From positions 1 to 56,714 of IMG/VR virus record IMGVR_UViG_3300045741_000168: 56,714 nucleotides of DNA. One strand, given 5' to 3'. The notes beneath the pieces were generated by a model. It was not told where the DNA came from, searched no databases, and saw only the letters and a program-made list of their open reading frames with translations. This stretch comes from a virus (Duplodnaviria; Caudoviricetes). Every line of letters starts with the position of its first letter. Positions within the stretch are counted from its first letter, which is position 1. Shown piece by piece: positions 8,818 through 18,042 of this stretch. Both the position numbers and the translations under genes were made by a program.

Positions 8818-8982
8818 AAGTTATCCACAGGGCTGGTCTGGGAAAATAAGGCTCAGAAACTGGAAAAGTCATGTGGAATCTCCACTTTTGGGGGTGTAAG
8901 TGTCGAAAAACACGGGTTTAGACCGAAGCAAACCGCTTGGTTGCTCAAAGGCGAGAATAATCACCAAAAGTTATCCACAGGG
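8818..8982 (+). promoter_or_regulatory. Two perfect DnaA boxes within a 15-bp direct repeat, 150 bp apart
   Basis: aagTTATCCACAggg at 8818-8832 and 8968-8982. Confidence 0.6.
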
Positions 8983-8990
8983 GAAATATC

Positions 8991-9335
8991 ATGATGAAAC
9001 TAGTATCTCTCAAGGCTTCTAAGGATGAAGTTAGTGAGGGGATGGCGACGCCGGACGGGTATCCGTTCAGCACGTCTATTTCGTTCGAGACGGATGTTTT
9101 GAAGAAGTTGGGGGTCAAGAAGTTACCGACTCCTGGGGATGAGTGGCATCTTATGGCGGTGGCTGATGTGACTTCTGTTAACAAGCAGGGTGAGGAATCG
9201 AGGGTTGGGCTTCAGATCAAGATGTTGGCTGTCACAAATCTTGAGGGCCCAGACAAGGGTGAGGTCGAGACTCCTGCGAGTGAGATCAAAGAGTCCAAGG
9301 CGAAGCCTGCCAAAGGTGGTTTGGTAGGGGAGTAA
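8991..9335 (+). CDS. Capsid staple/cement-like protein
   Basis: YPFSTSISFETDVLKKLGVKKLP...AVADVTSV resembles the epsilon15 gp10-like family. Confidence 0.55.
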   Translation: MMKLVSLKASKDEVSEGMATPDGYPFSTSISFETDVLKKLGVKKLPTPGDEWHLMAVADVTSVNKQGEESRVGLQIKMLAVTNLEGPDKGEVETPASEIKESKAKPAKGGLVGE

Positions 9336-9383
9336 CCCATCTAAAAACAGGCTGTTTTTTCCCTACACCGAATTTTACATAAT

Positions 9384-10697
9384 ATGGCTTTGAAGCAGAT
9401 TATCCGCACTACGGCTGGGTCGGCGTATGGCCAGGACCCTATGGGGATGCCGGTGTGGAATCGTCGTGATGGTGGTCAATTAGCTATTGGTATGTGGAAT
9501 GATGGTCTATCATACGTTTTTACAAGGACTTCTTCAGGTGTAGAGAATTACTCTTTTTTATCTGACAGGCAAACTGGTGTAACTAATTTTGCTGCACTTA
9601 TGCCATTTTTTCAGAAGATGGCTGATGTGCAGAATTCGTCAGTATTGATTCAATGCGCTGGTGATTCGATAACCTATGGTTTGTATTCGGATGGGTCATC
9701 TACTCCAAGCGATACGAATCAAGCTCCTTATGCAATGCCTGCTCAGTTGTCTAAGTTCATGAATTCCAGAATTGGAATGACTGCTACTTTCTCAATCAAT
9801 GCAGATGATGATAGAAATACTTTTGTAGGAGCATCGCAGGTTCAAAGCGTTGGCTTGGGTGGGTTTTGTAGGCAGATTACGAATACCCAAACTATCACTA
9901 TTAACTTACCAGCCTGTACGACCATCGAAGTCATATATTACGAAAGCAATGGTACCAGTGGTACTCCAACCAGCGGAAGTTGTAGTTATAACTGGGGTGG
10001 TGGAACCGTCACTGGAAACATTACTTATGCAGCAACTTTCGATACTTACAAGAAAGCGACAATTGCTGTAACCGGAACTGCGCAAACTCTAGTCCTTACA
10101 GGAACTACAGCAAACCCTGTCTATGTTGCCCAGGTTAATTGCTATACGACTGGTGGAGTCGTGGTTGGTAGAAATGGTCGCGGAGGATGGACTACTAGCG
10201 ATTTTCTGGGAACTGGAGGTAATTTTTCCACAGATGTCGCTGGACAAGCGCGTGTTCTTAAGGGATTCGGTCAGGGTTCTACGGCCTTAAATATAGTAAT
10301 GCTTGGATTCAATGATTGTGCTTTACAAGCAACAGCGGGCCAATTAACCACTACCACATTATATAAGTCTAATCTTCTTCAAATTGCCAATAGAGACACA
10401 ACAATCCCATTACTATTGGTCTCTGAACCAGATGGGCCAAATAGCGATGCCAGTCTTACGGAAAAGTATAGAGATTATTGGGCCGCTGCAAGGTCGCTGG
10501 CTACTATAGGTTCAAATATAGCTCACATGAGTATCGGAGATTTTTGGGGTAATTACACTACAGCCAATGCGAATGGATATAACGCAGGCTCTTCAGTCCA
10601 TCCATCAAGGAAAGGATATGGGAGTATTGCGAATATGCTGGCAACAGTATTGAGCCGAGCCGATATATATAGAACTCAACTACTTACCGGACAATAA
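9384..10697 (+). CDS. SGNH/GDSL hydrolase-domain protein
   Basis: AGDSITYG (block I), NGRGG, LGFND (block III), SVHPS (block V). Confidence 0.8.
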   Translation: MALKQIIRTTAGSAYGQDPMGMPVWNRRDGGQLAIGMWNDGLSYVFTRTSSGVENYSFLSDRQTGVTNFAALMPFFQKMADVQNSSVLIQCAGDSITYGLYSDGSSTPSDTNQAPYAMPAQLSKFMNSRIGMTATFSINADDDRNTFVGASQVQSVGLGGFCRQITNTQTITINLPACTTIEVIYYESNGTSGTPTSGSCSYNWGGGTVTGNITYAATFDTYKKATIAVTGTAQTLVLTGTTANPVYVAQVNCYTTGGVVVGRNGRGGWTTSDFLGTGGNFSTDVAGQARVLKGFGQGSTALNIVMLGFNDCALQATAGQLTTTTLYKSNLLQIANRDTTIPLLLVSEPDGPNSDASLTEKYRDYWAAARSLATIGSNIAHMSIGDFWGNYTTANANGYNAGSSVHPSRKGYGSIANMLATVLSRADIYRTQLLTGQ

Positions 10698-10706
10698 GGA
10701 GGGAAA

Positions 10707-11048
10707 ATGTCTTATTTCAATAGTTTCTGTCCACAGGGAAATACCGTCCTTGTGGCTGCTAGTTCAAGTACCGGAGTTGCCGCAACTCAGTTGACGACGA
10801 ATCCTGGTATTCAGATGGCGTATATTGCAAATCCGAGCACGGCTTTGCCTGTATATGTCGCTTTTGGTTCCAGTTCAGTCGCAGCGAGTTATCCTAGTAC
10901 TACTACTCCATCGGCTGGAATGTGTATCCCGTTCAATTCGGCAAGGGTATTTGTAATTTCCCCTAGCCTTACAAATAACTGGATCAGTGCGGTCACCTCT
11001 GCGGGTGCTTCGCTTGGTTTGTTTGCAACCCCTGGCTACGGCCAATAA
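10707..11048 (+). CDS. Putative virion structural protein
   Basis: Ser/Thr/Ala-rich, beta-prone, ends ATPGYGQ; strong RBS. Confidence 0.6.
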   Translation: MSYFNSFCPQGNTVLVAASSSTGVAATQLTTNPGIQMAYIANPSTALPVYVAFGSSSVAASYPSTTTPSAGMCIPFNSARVFVISPSLTNNWISAVTSAGASLGLFATPGYGQ

Positions 11049-11064
11049 TTAAAGGAGATTTATT

Positions 11065-11544
11065 ATGTCTTGGAGTTCATTGTTAAATACGAGCATTCTT
11101 GGGCGTCGCCTGGGCCTGCAAATCGCAACCACCAACGTTAGCGGAAGCGGAGCTTCTGGGCGTACCGTTGATTTGCTGGTCGGCCCAGAGGAGTTGAAGC
11201 GAGGCGTTACGACAGCAGAAAGTACCGGCACGAATCTTGCCGCATGGGGCGTGAGCTTTGTTCCCGGAACGAGCGCTTCGTCCAGTGCCGTGTATACTCT
11301 CGATCCTCCGATCCCTGGTGTGCAGAAGTTTATTAACTTCAATTCGACTTCGCAGGGTCCGATTTACGTCAAGACAGCGAATGGAGAGACGTTTAATTCG
11401 ACTCAAGGAACGACTTTCACCGTCCTCAAGAGCACGAATAACCAGGTCGGGGTAATCAGCCTTATGGGACTCACAACTGCGACGTGGGGACTGATTAATG
11501 TCGGTCTTAGCACGGCCACTTTTGCACTCACCTCTTCGACCTGA
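11065..11544 (+). CDS. Putative virion structural protein
   Basis: Ser/Thr/Gly-rich; AAGGAG RBS. Confidence 0.6.
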   Translation: MSWSSLLNTSILGRRLGLQIATTNVSGSGASGRTVDLLVGPEELKRGVTTAESTGTNLAAWGVSFVPGTSASSSAVYTLDPPIPGVQKFINFNSTSQGPIYVKTANGETFNSTQGTTFTVLKSTNNQVGVISLMGLTTATWGLINVGLSTATFALTSST

Positions 11545-11547
11545 ACG

Positions 11548-12324
11548 ATGAGTTCTCTCGGCAGGGAAAAGAAGTCTGAGCCAACTCAGATACCAGTTCC
11601 CAATCCAGAGTTGAAAATTGCTCTGGTAGGGAGCGCTCCCGCATCCTGTAGAGCTGCCCCGTATCACGACCTAAGCTGGAAGATATGGGGCTGTTCACCG
11701 GGCCTGTATGGGGTTGCCGGACGGGTTGACGAGTGGTTCGAGCTTCACCTGTGGGAACCAGGCCAAACGTGGTTTAGCCCTGAGTATTGCCAATGGATGA
11801 AGAATCTGCCAAGTCATGGGGTAAAACTATGGACGGGCGCTCCAGTATCTGACTTACCGGGAAGCGAGGTTTATCCTGCCGAGGAAATGCTTAATCGGTT
11901 CGATCCGAACAGGTGGTTTTGTTCATCGAGTCTGTTCTGGATGATGGCAAGGGCTATAAGCATCGGAGCCACGAAGATCGGGTTCTGGGGCGTAGATATG
12001 GCAGCCGGTGAAGAGTATCAAATGCAGAGGGCTGGCATTCATTATCTGACATACATAGCCAAGAATCTTGGAATAGAGGTCGGAATTCCACATGAATCTG
12101 ACTTGTTCACGCCACGGTTCCGGTACGGCATCGACGAGTGGACGCACGTATTCAGGAAAACCCGCGCACGCAAGGCAGAGTTGGAAATTCGTGTGAGGGA
12201 TGCCGAAAGTCTCGTTCAGGCCAAGACTAATGAGGTGCATTTTCTCAAGGGCGCATTGGATGATCTGGAATATATGGGTCAGACATGGGTGGACAAAAAG
12301 CCTTATCTTGGTCCGACTAGCTAA
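11548..12324 (+). CDS. Candidate sialyltransferase/Maf-like (GT42/GT29-fold) protein
   Basis: KIALVGSAPAS and AISIGATKIGFWGVDM resemble the IxGNGPS and IYLxGxD motifs. Confidence 0.45.
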   Translation: MSSLGREKKSEPTQIPVPNPELKIALVGSAPASCRAAPYHDLSWKIWGCSPGLYGVAGRVDEWFELHLWEPGQTWFSPEYCQWMKNLPSHGVKLWTGAPVSDLPGSEVYPAEEMLNRFDPNRWFCSSSLFWMMARAISIGATKIGFWGVDMAAGEEYQMQRAGIHYLTYIAKNLGIEVGIPHESDLFTPRFRYGIDEWTHVFRKTRARKAELEIRVRDAESLVQAKTNEVHFLKGALDDLEYMGQTWVDKKPYLGPTS

Positions 12325-15039
12325 ATGGATGCTGTAGCAGAACTTCGCGCTCAACTCGCGGCGTTGAATCCGAGAGAGGAGCATAAAGTTTACAAGTCTG
12401 CACTGGAGCAGACAAGTTCCGTAAAGTGGGTTCCAAACCCAGGCCCACAAACGCAGGCTTATCTCTCAGATGCGGATTGTCTGCTATTCGGCGGCGAGCC
12501 AGGCGGAGGCAAGCAAGTTAGTATTCACTCACTTATACCTACGCCTAATGGTTGGACAACGATGGCCGAGATATGTGTCGGGCAGCAGGTAATCGACGAC
12601 ACTGGTAGGCCCTGCATGGTTGTAGCGAAGTCTAATGTTGATTGGACCGAGCAGGCCTATCGCTTAACGTTTTCAGATGGGTCTGTGATCGAGGCGGGTG
12701 CACGGCACCAGTGGGTAACGAGCACCCGTGCAGAGCGGATGCGTGCGCTCAAGTGTAATGACGAATGGCGCGCAGCGCGCCGAGCCAACCGTCCATTGCG
12801 CGGCACCGGCAAGCGACCTGATCTTGCAAAACGCAATGCCGAATCTGCTGTTTCGCAAGACTTGCCAACGTCATCTATCAAAACCACGCAGCAGATATTT
12901 GAAACGCTGAAGCGAGGCGACGGCGGACTAAACCATGCGATCGCAGTTGCTGGGTCGCTCCAACTGCCATGCGCAGAACTGCTGATTGATCCTTACGCGC
13001 TCGGTGCGTGGCTCGGGGATGGAGCATCAAAGTCTGGTCAGATTACAGGGTTAGATGAGGAGATATTCCAGCAGATTGCAAATGGTGGATACGTTGTAAC
13101 GCAACACGCCTGCCCGAAAAGCCGTGGTGTGCTAGGTATTCAAAAGCACCTGAAGCAACTCGGTGTGTTTGGCAACAAACACATTCCACCAGCCTACCTT
13201 CGTGCATCTTTCGATCAGCGTTTGGCTCTCTTACAGGGCCTGATGGACACCGATGGATATTGTGATACTCGTGGTCAGTGCGAGATTCAACTGACGCGCA
13301 AGGAGTTGATCGATGGCGTACACGAACTGCTGTCATCGCTTGGCATCAAGGCCGAGATGCGTGATGGTGACGCTACGCTATACGGGCGCGTGGTCAGCCG
13401 TAAGTGGCGACTGAAGTTCATGACTGAGCTACCCGCATTCAAGCTACCGAGAAAACTGATACGCCAGAAACGCAGCGGCTTTCGCGGTACGCATAGCGTG
13501 CGGTATATCGTTGGCTGTGAGCCGATTGCACCCATTCCGATGCAATGTATTCAGGTAGACAGCCCATCACATTGCTATTTGGTCGGCAAGACAATGATCC
13601 CGACTCATAATAGCCAATTGATACTAGGTTTAGCATTTAATGAACATAAACGTTCACTAATAATGCGGCGTCAGTATGGTGAACTTGACCGTTTAGTCGA
13701 TGATGCTCTCAAGATTCATGGAAGCAGAGAAGGATTCAACGGAAGTCCACCACCAAAGTTAAGAGTCACTGACAAACAGATTATAGAGTTTGCGGCTGCG
13801 CACCGGGTCGGTGATGAGCAGGCACAGATGGGTAAGGGCCGAGATTTGTTGGGAATCGACGAGGCCACTCACTTTGCCGAGCAGCAAGTAAGGTTCCTGA
13901 TGGGATGGAACCGAAGTGAGGACCCGAATCAGCGGGTCAGAACAGTATTGGCGACGAATCCACCTCTATCAGCCGAGGGGCTGTGGGTTTTAAAGATGTT
14001 CGCCCCATGGATCGACCCACAATATCCTAATCCTGCGAAACCAGGAGAGTTGCGTTGGGTTATCAGCGATGATGATGGTAATGATCTTTGGGTGAATGGG
14101 CCAGAAGATATAAGGACTAACTCATCAGGCAAGAAGATCAGGCCGACTTCCAGAACGTATATTCCGTCGAAAGTCTCAGATAACCCATATTACGCAGCCA
14201 GCGATTATGAGAGACAGCTCGATGCAATGCCGGAGCCGTATCGTAGCCTGCTATTAGGCGGCTTCACGACTTCGTTCAAGGACCAGCCGGCGCAGATTAT
14301 CCCGACCAAGTGGGTTCAATTAGCACAAGAACGCTGGACAAAAACCCCGCCGGTCGGGATTCCCATGTGCGTTATAGGAGTAGATGCCAGCGGTGGTGGA
14401 GCGGACCCGATGGTAATGGCCGCACGGCATGATGGCTGGTACGCGCCTCTCGTGGAGATTCAAGGAAAAGACATCCCGATGGAAAATATCGGGCCATACG
14501 GAGCCGGAAGGATTATCTCGCTTCGTCGAGACAATGCCCTTGTAGTGATCGACATGAGCGGTGGCTATGGCGGTTCTATGTACGACCATCTAAGACATAA
14601 CGGTGTCGAGGTTAAATCGTACAAGGGCGCAGAAGCAACACCGAGACGGTCGATAGATGGGAAGCTGAAGTTCGTGAACAAGCGTACAGCAGCCCTGTGG
14701 GGGATGAGGGAAGCTCTTGATCCAGGACAGCCAGGAGGTAGCCCTATCATGTTGCCGCCAGATGCCAAGATCGTAGCGGACTTGACGGCTCCCACGTTCG
14801 AGGTAGTACCAAACGGAATAAAGGCTGAAGCGAAGGAAAAGATTTGCGACCGGCTTGGAAGATCGACAGATGCGGGTGATGCTATTGTGATGTGCTGGTT
14901 CGAGGGCGGAAGAAAGGCGACGAACGTAGTTGACTGGATGGACCTGAAAAAAGGTAAAGGCGGATATTTAGAGAAAATCCCTCAAGTGTTGACCAGTGGT
15001 AGAAAACCATTGACGGCCAATCGTGCGACTCGCCACTAA
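12325..15039 (+). CDS. terL: Terminase large subunit containing an intein
   Basis: Walker A GGEPGGGK|S, Walker B LLGIDEA, ATNPP, nuclease IGVDASGGG and RSTDAGDA. Confidence 0.9.
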   Translation: MDAVAELRAQLAALNPREEHKVYKSALEQTSSVKWVPNPGPQTQAYLSDADCLLFGGEPGGGKQVSIHSLIPTPNGWTTMAEICVGQQVIDDTGRPCMVVAKSNVDWTEQAYRLTFSDGSVIEAGARHQWVTSTRAERMRALKCNDEWRAARRANRPLRGTGKRPDLAKRNAESAVSQDLPTSSIKTTQQIFETLKRGDGGLNHAIAVAGSLQLPCAELLIDPYALGAWLGDGASKSGQITGLDEEIFQQIANGGYVVTQHACPKSRGVLGIQKHLKQLGVFGNKHIPPAYLRASFDQRLALLQGLMDTDGYCDTRGQCEIQLTRKELIDGVHELLSSLGIKAEMRDGDATLYGRVVSRKWRLKFMTELPAFKLPRKLIRQKRSGFRGTHSVRYIVGCEPIAPIPMQCIQVDSPSHCYLVGKTMIPTHNSQLILGLAFNEHKRSLIMRRQYGELDRLVDDALKIHGSREGFNGSPPPKLRVTDKQIIEFAAAHRVGDEQAQMGKGRDLLGIDEATHFAEQQVRFLMGWNRSEDPNQRVRTVLATNPPLSAEGLWVLKMFAPWIDPQYPNPAKPGELRWVISDDDGNDLWVNGPEDIRTNSSGKKIRPTSRTYIPSKVSDNPYYAASDYERQLDAMPEPYRSLLLGGFTTSFKDQPAQIIPTKWVQLAQERWTKTPPVGIPMCVIGVDASGGGADPMVMAARHDGWYAPLVEIQGKDIPMENIGPYGAGRIISLRRDNALVVIDMSGGYGGSMYDHLRHNGVEVKSYKGAEATPRRSIDGKLKFVNKRTAALWGMREALDPGQPGGSPIMLPPDAKIVADLTAPTFEVVPNGIKAEAKEKICDRLGRSTDAGDAIVMCWFEGGRKATNVVDWMDLKKGKGGYLEKIPQVLTSGRKPLTANRATRH
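12514..13611 (+). mobile_element. 366-aa class 3 intein with LAGLIDADG endonuclease
   Basis: Begins Q-VSIHSLIPTPNGW; block B HQW, block F MQCIQV, block G PTHN|S; LGAWLGDG and LQGLMDTDG. Confidence 0.9.
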
Positions 15040-15484
15040 GGAAGATATTCCGTGGGTGGATCAGGTATTGAACCTTCCCGAAATAAGGTTGTGGACCACG
15101 TATGAGGGGCAGGGAAGAATAGAATCAGAAAAGTTAATGAAGCCTCCTAATATATTTGTCGTAGATGAGCGAGGGGTTGTTGCGGCGAATTATGTAGAGC
15201 CTGGCATATACAATGTTCATACCAATCTACTTCCTTCATGCAGGGGACAAAAAGCCGTAGAAGCAGCAAGTGAGTTTCTAAGATTCTTGTTTTTGGAACA
15301 AGAGGTATCAGAATTAAGGACTTCGATTCCCGAAACCATGCCTCACGTAAAAAGGTTTGCAAAACAGTTCGGCTTCAGATGGATTTATAACCGTAAAGAA
15401 GCATGGAAAGTCCTTGGGACTCTCGTTGATATGGGTTTCTATTCAATTACAAGAGAACAATATCTAGCAGGATTGGAGAAATAA
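15023..15484 (+). CDS. GNAT-fold virion-region protein
   Basis: YNVHTNLLPSCRGQKA...FAKQFGF. Confidence 0.6.
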   Translation: MRLATKEDIPWVDQVLNLPEIRLWTTYEGQGRIESEKLMKPPNIFVVDERGVVAANYVEPGIYNVHTNLLPSCRGQKAVEAASEFLRFLFLEQEVSELRTSIPETMPHVKRFAKQFGFRWIYNRKEAWKVLGTLVDMGFYSITREQYLAGLEK

Positions 15485-15485
15485 C

Positions 15486-16067
15486 ATGCCAGTAGGAGAT
15501 TGGATAGACAGTATAGGAAGTTCTGTTACTAATTTTTTATCCGGCCCGGCTGATGCTGTGGCTAATGCAGGTGGTCAGTTCGCTGAATCACCTCTTCTTC
15601 CTGCGGCAATCAATGCTGCGGCTACAGGGAATCCGGTTAGTCCTGTCGATGCAGGGACAGATGCAGCAACAACAGCAGGGACAGATGCAGCAACAACAGC
15701 AGGGACAGATGCAGTAACAGCGGCACAAGCTGATGCTGCCGCACAAGAGGCAGGAGCGTCATTGCAGGGAACGGCCTCTTCCGGGGCTTCAGCGTCAACA
15801 TATTTCGGAACTGCTGGGTCTGGCGGCTTATTGGGAAACTTCAAGACAGCGGGGCAACTAATATCTGCGGCGAGTGGGATCAAGTCCCTGCTGACGAGGC
15901 CACCAAGTATGCCGAAACCGACGGTGGCACCAATCGTTCCTATGCCAGACCCACTGGCGCAGCAACGAGCCAAGCAAAAAGCTCTGCTACAGGCGGTTTT
16001 GGGACGAGGACGGGCTGCGTCAATACTGACGGACCCGAATCAGGCAAGCGGAAACTTAGGCGGATAA
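15486..16067 (+). CDS. Pre-portal virion protein with internal repeats
   Basis: PMPDP...GRGRAASILT C-terminus; GTDAATTA repeats. Confidence 0.65.
   Translation: MPVGDWIDSIGSSVTNFLSGPADAVANAGGQFAESPLLPAAINAAATGNPVSPVDAGTDAATTAGTDAATTAGTDAVTAAQADAAAQEAGASLQGTASSGASASTYFGTAGSGGLLGNFKTAGQLISAASGIKSLLTRPPSMPKPTVAPIVPMPDPLAQQRAKQKALLQAVLGRGRAASILTDPNQASGNLGG
15651..15713 (+). repeat. 24-bp in-frame tandem repeat (~2.6 copies)
   Basis: gcagggacagatgcagcaacaaca units. Confidence 0.85.
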
Positions 16068-16068
16068 C

Positions 16069-17727
16069 ATGGATGCAAAAGAGTTACATACAGTAGCAGA
16101 GGATTTATTCTCGAAAAAGATGCCTCTGAACTCGCTCCATCAGGAAATCGCGGACAACTTTTACCCTGAACGAGCAGACTTCACGCTAAAGCGGTCGATG
16201 GGGACAGACTTCGCTGCGAACATGATGAGTTCCTATCCTATGCGTTGCCGCAGGGAGCTTGGAAACCAGTTCGGCACGATGCTACGGCCAACAGCAAGAC
16301 CGTGGTTTCATACTCGCCGCAAGTACATCGAGCGGACGGGGGAAGATACGGAAACGATGGCATATCTTGAATGGTTCGAGGAAACTCAGCGCCGGGCAAT
16401 GTACGATCCAGCATCTTTGTTTACTAGAGCCTGCAAAGAGCTTGACCACGACTTGGCAGCATTCGGACAGGGGGTAATGAGCGTCGAGCTTAACGGTGAG
16501 GCCAATGGTCTTTTGTATCGTTGCTATCACTTGCGAGACGTATGCTGGCAAGAGAATGAAATGGGCAAGATTGGATTCGTAGCAAGAAAGTGGAAGCCAA
16601 CTGCACAGACAATGACTCGGGTATTTTCCAAGACAGTATCTGAACAAGTACGGAATACTGCCAAGAAAACTCCGTTTGAAGAAATGGAGGCAATGCACTT
16701 TGTCGTCGATGCTGATATGTACGATGGTAATGCGATGAAATGCCCGAAGTGGAGTATCTGGTACGATACGCTTCATAATGAGATTCTGGACGCAACCCCA
16801 ATTTGGGGTAATCATTATGTAATACCACGCTGGCAGACAGTATCTGGTGTTCAGTACAGTTATTCTCCGGCGACAGTATGTGCCCTGCCAGACGCAAGAC
16901 TTTTACAGGCAATGACATTTACGCTTCTCGAAGCTGGTGAAAAGGCTACAAGCCCACCGATCATTGCTACTCAGAACGCTGTAAGGTCTGATCTTGCTCT
17001 ATTCGCTGGTGGAGTGACTTGGGTCGATGAGGAATACGACGAAACCAAGGGCGCATCGCTAAGGCCCTTGGAGCAGGACTTCCGTGGTTTTAATTACGGT
17101 GTGGAAATGAACCGTGATACTCGGGAAATGCTCAGGTCTGCTTTCTTTCTGGACACGTTGACTATTCCTCAGCGCGCACCGGAAATGACTGCTTATGAGG
17201 TTGGGCAACGGATTCAGGAATATATCCGTAACGCACTTCCTATATTCGAGCCTATCGAAATGGAATATAATGCGGCAGTATGTAACGAAACCTTCGATCT
17301 ATTATGGAGACATGGCGCATTTGGGCAAGCGGCATCATGGCCTAAAGCCTTGAGAGGCGCTGAAATTGATTTCAGTTTCGAGTCTCCGCTGCATGATGTG
17401 ATCGAAGAACAAAAGGGCCAGAAGTTCCAGCAGATTCAGGTCTTGGTATCTGCCGCAGCCGCTCTCGATCCGACGAGCGTGTACGTGCCTAATGTAGAGG
17501 TTGCATTGAGAGACGCCCTGTTAGGTGTTGGGGTTCCTGCAAGGTGGCTCAATAGCGAGGTCGATGTGGCTAAGCAGAAGGAAAATCAGCAAGCTCAACA
17601 GGCCGCGCAGCAGAAACTCGCTGCTATGGAAAGTGCATCCACAACGGCCAAGAATATCGGTCAGAGTGGAATGATTCCGAATGAACAGGCTGGAGTTGGT
17701 CAGCGCACAAGCGGAGCCGCGCCATAA
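16069..17727 (+). CDS. Portal (head-tail connector) protein
   Basis: 552 aa; EIADNFYPERADF, PEMTAYEV, FESPL. Confidence 0.9.
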   Translation: MDAKELHTVAEDLFSKKMPLNSLHQEIADNFYPERADFTLKRSMGTDFAANMMSSYPMRCRRELGNQFGTMLRPTARPWFHTRRKYIERTGEDTETMAYLEWFEETQRRAMYDPASLFTRACKELDHDLAAFGQGVMSVELNGEANGLLYRCYHLRDVCWQENEMGKIGFVARKWKPTAQTMTRVFSKTVSEQVRNTAKKTPFEEMEAMHFVVDADMYDGNAMKCPKWSIWYDTLHNEILDATPIWGNHYVIPRWQTVSGVQYSYSPATVCALPDARLLQAMTFTLLEAGEKATSPPIIATQNAVRSDLALFAGGVTWVDEEYDETKGASLRPLEQDFRGFNYGVEMNRDTREMLRSAFFLDTLTIPQRAPEMTAYEVGQRIQEYIRNALPIFEPIEMEYNAAVCNETFDLLWRHGAFGQAASWPKALRGAEIDFSFESPLHDVIEEQKGQKFQQIQVLVSAAAALDPTSVYVPNVEVALRDALLGVGVPARWLNSEVDVAKQKENQQAQQAAQQKLAAMESASTTAKNIGQSGMIPNEQAGVGQRTSGAAP

Positions 17728-17730
17728 GAT

Positions 17731-18042
17731 ATGCCTAGTCCGAAGCTGAAATTACTCACGCAAGGAGCAAATTATGTCCCGACTGTATCGTTACCTGTCG
17801 CAACAGCTATCAAGGCTTTGCGCATGGGGGAAGCAACTTCTCACCAGCAACAAACAGCCCTAGAGTGGATTATCCGAGATGCTGCTGGCAAGGCGACGTT
17901 TGCATTTCACCAGACGGATAGAGATACGGCTTTCGCTCTAGGTAGGCAGTTTGTTGCCGACCAGATTATCGGTTTGTTCAATGCGGATTTGTATTCTTTG
18001 AGGAATAAGGATGTTCCAGACCAAGCAGATTTACATGGCTGA
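17731..18042 (+). CDS. Bbp19-like conserved protein
   Basis: TAFALGRQFVADQI; lies between portal and scaffold. Confidence 0.65.
   Translation: MPSPKLKLLTQGANYVPTVSLPVATAIKALRMGEATSHQQQTALEWIIRDAAGKATFAFHQTDRDTAFALGRQFVADQIIGLFNADLYSLRNKDVPDQADLHG

Noticed and set aside
8713-8994. 93-aa ORF in the intergenic region
   Set aside because: TTG start without an RBS; the repeated KLSTG peptide is just the translated DnaA-box repeat.
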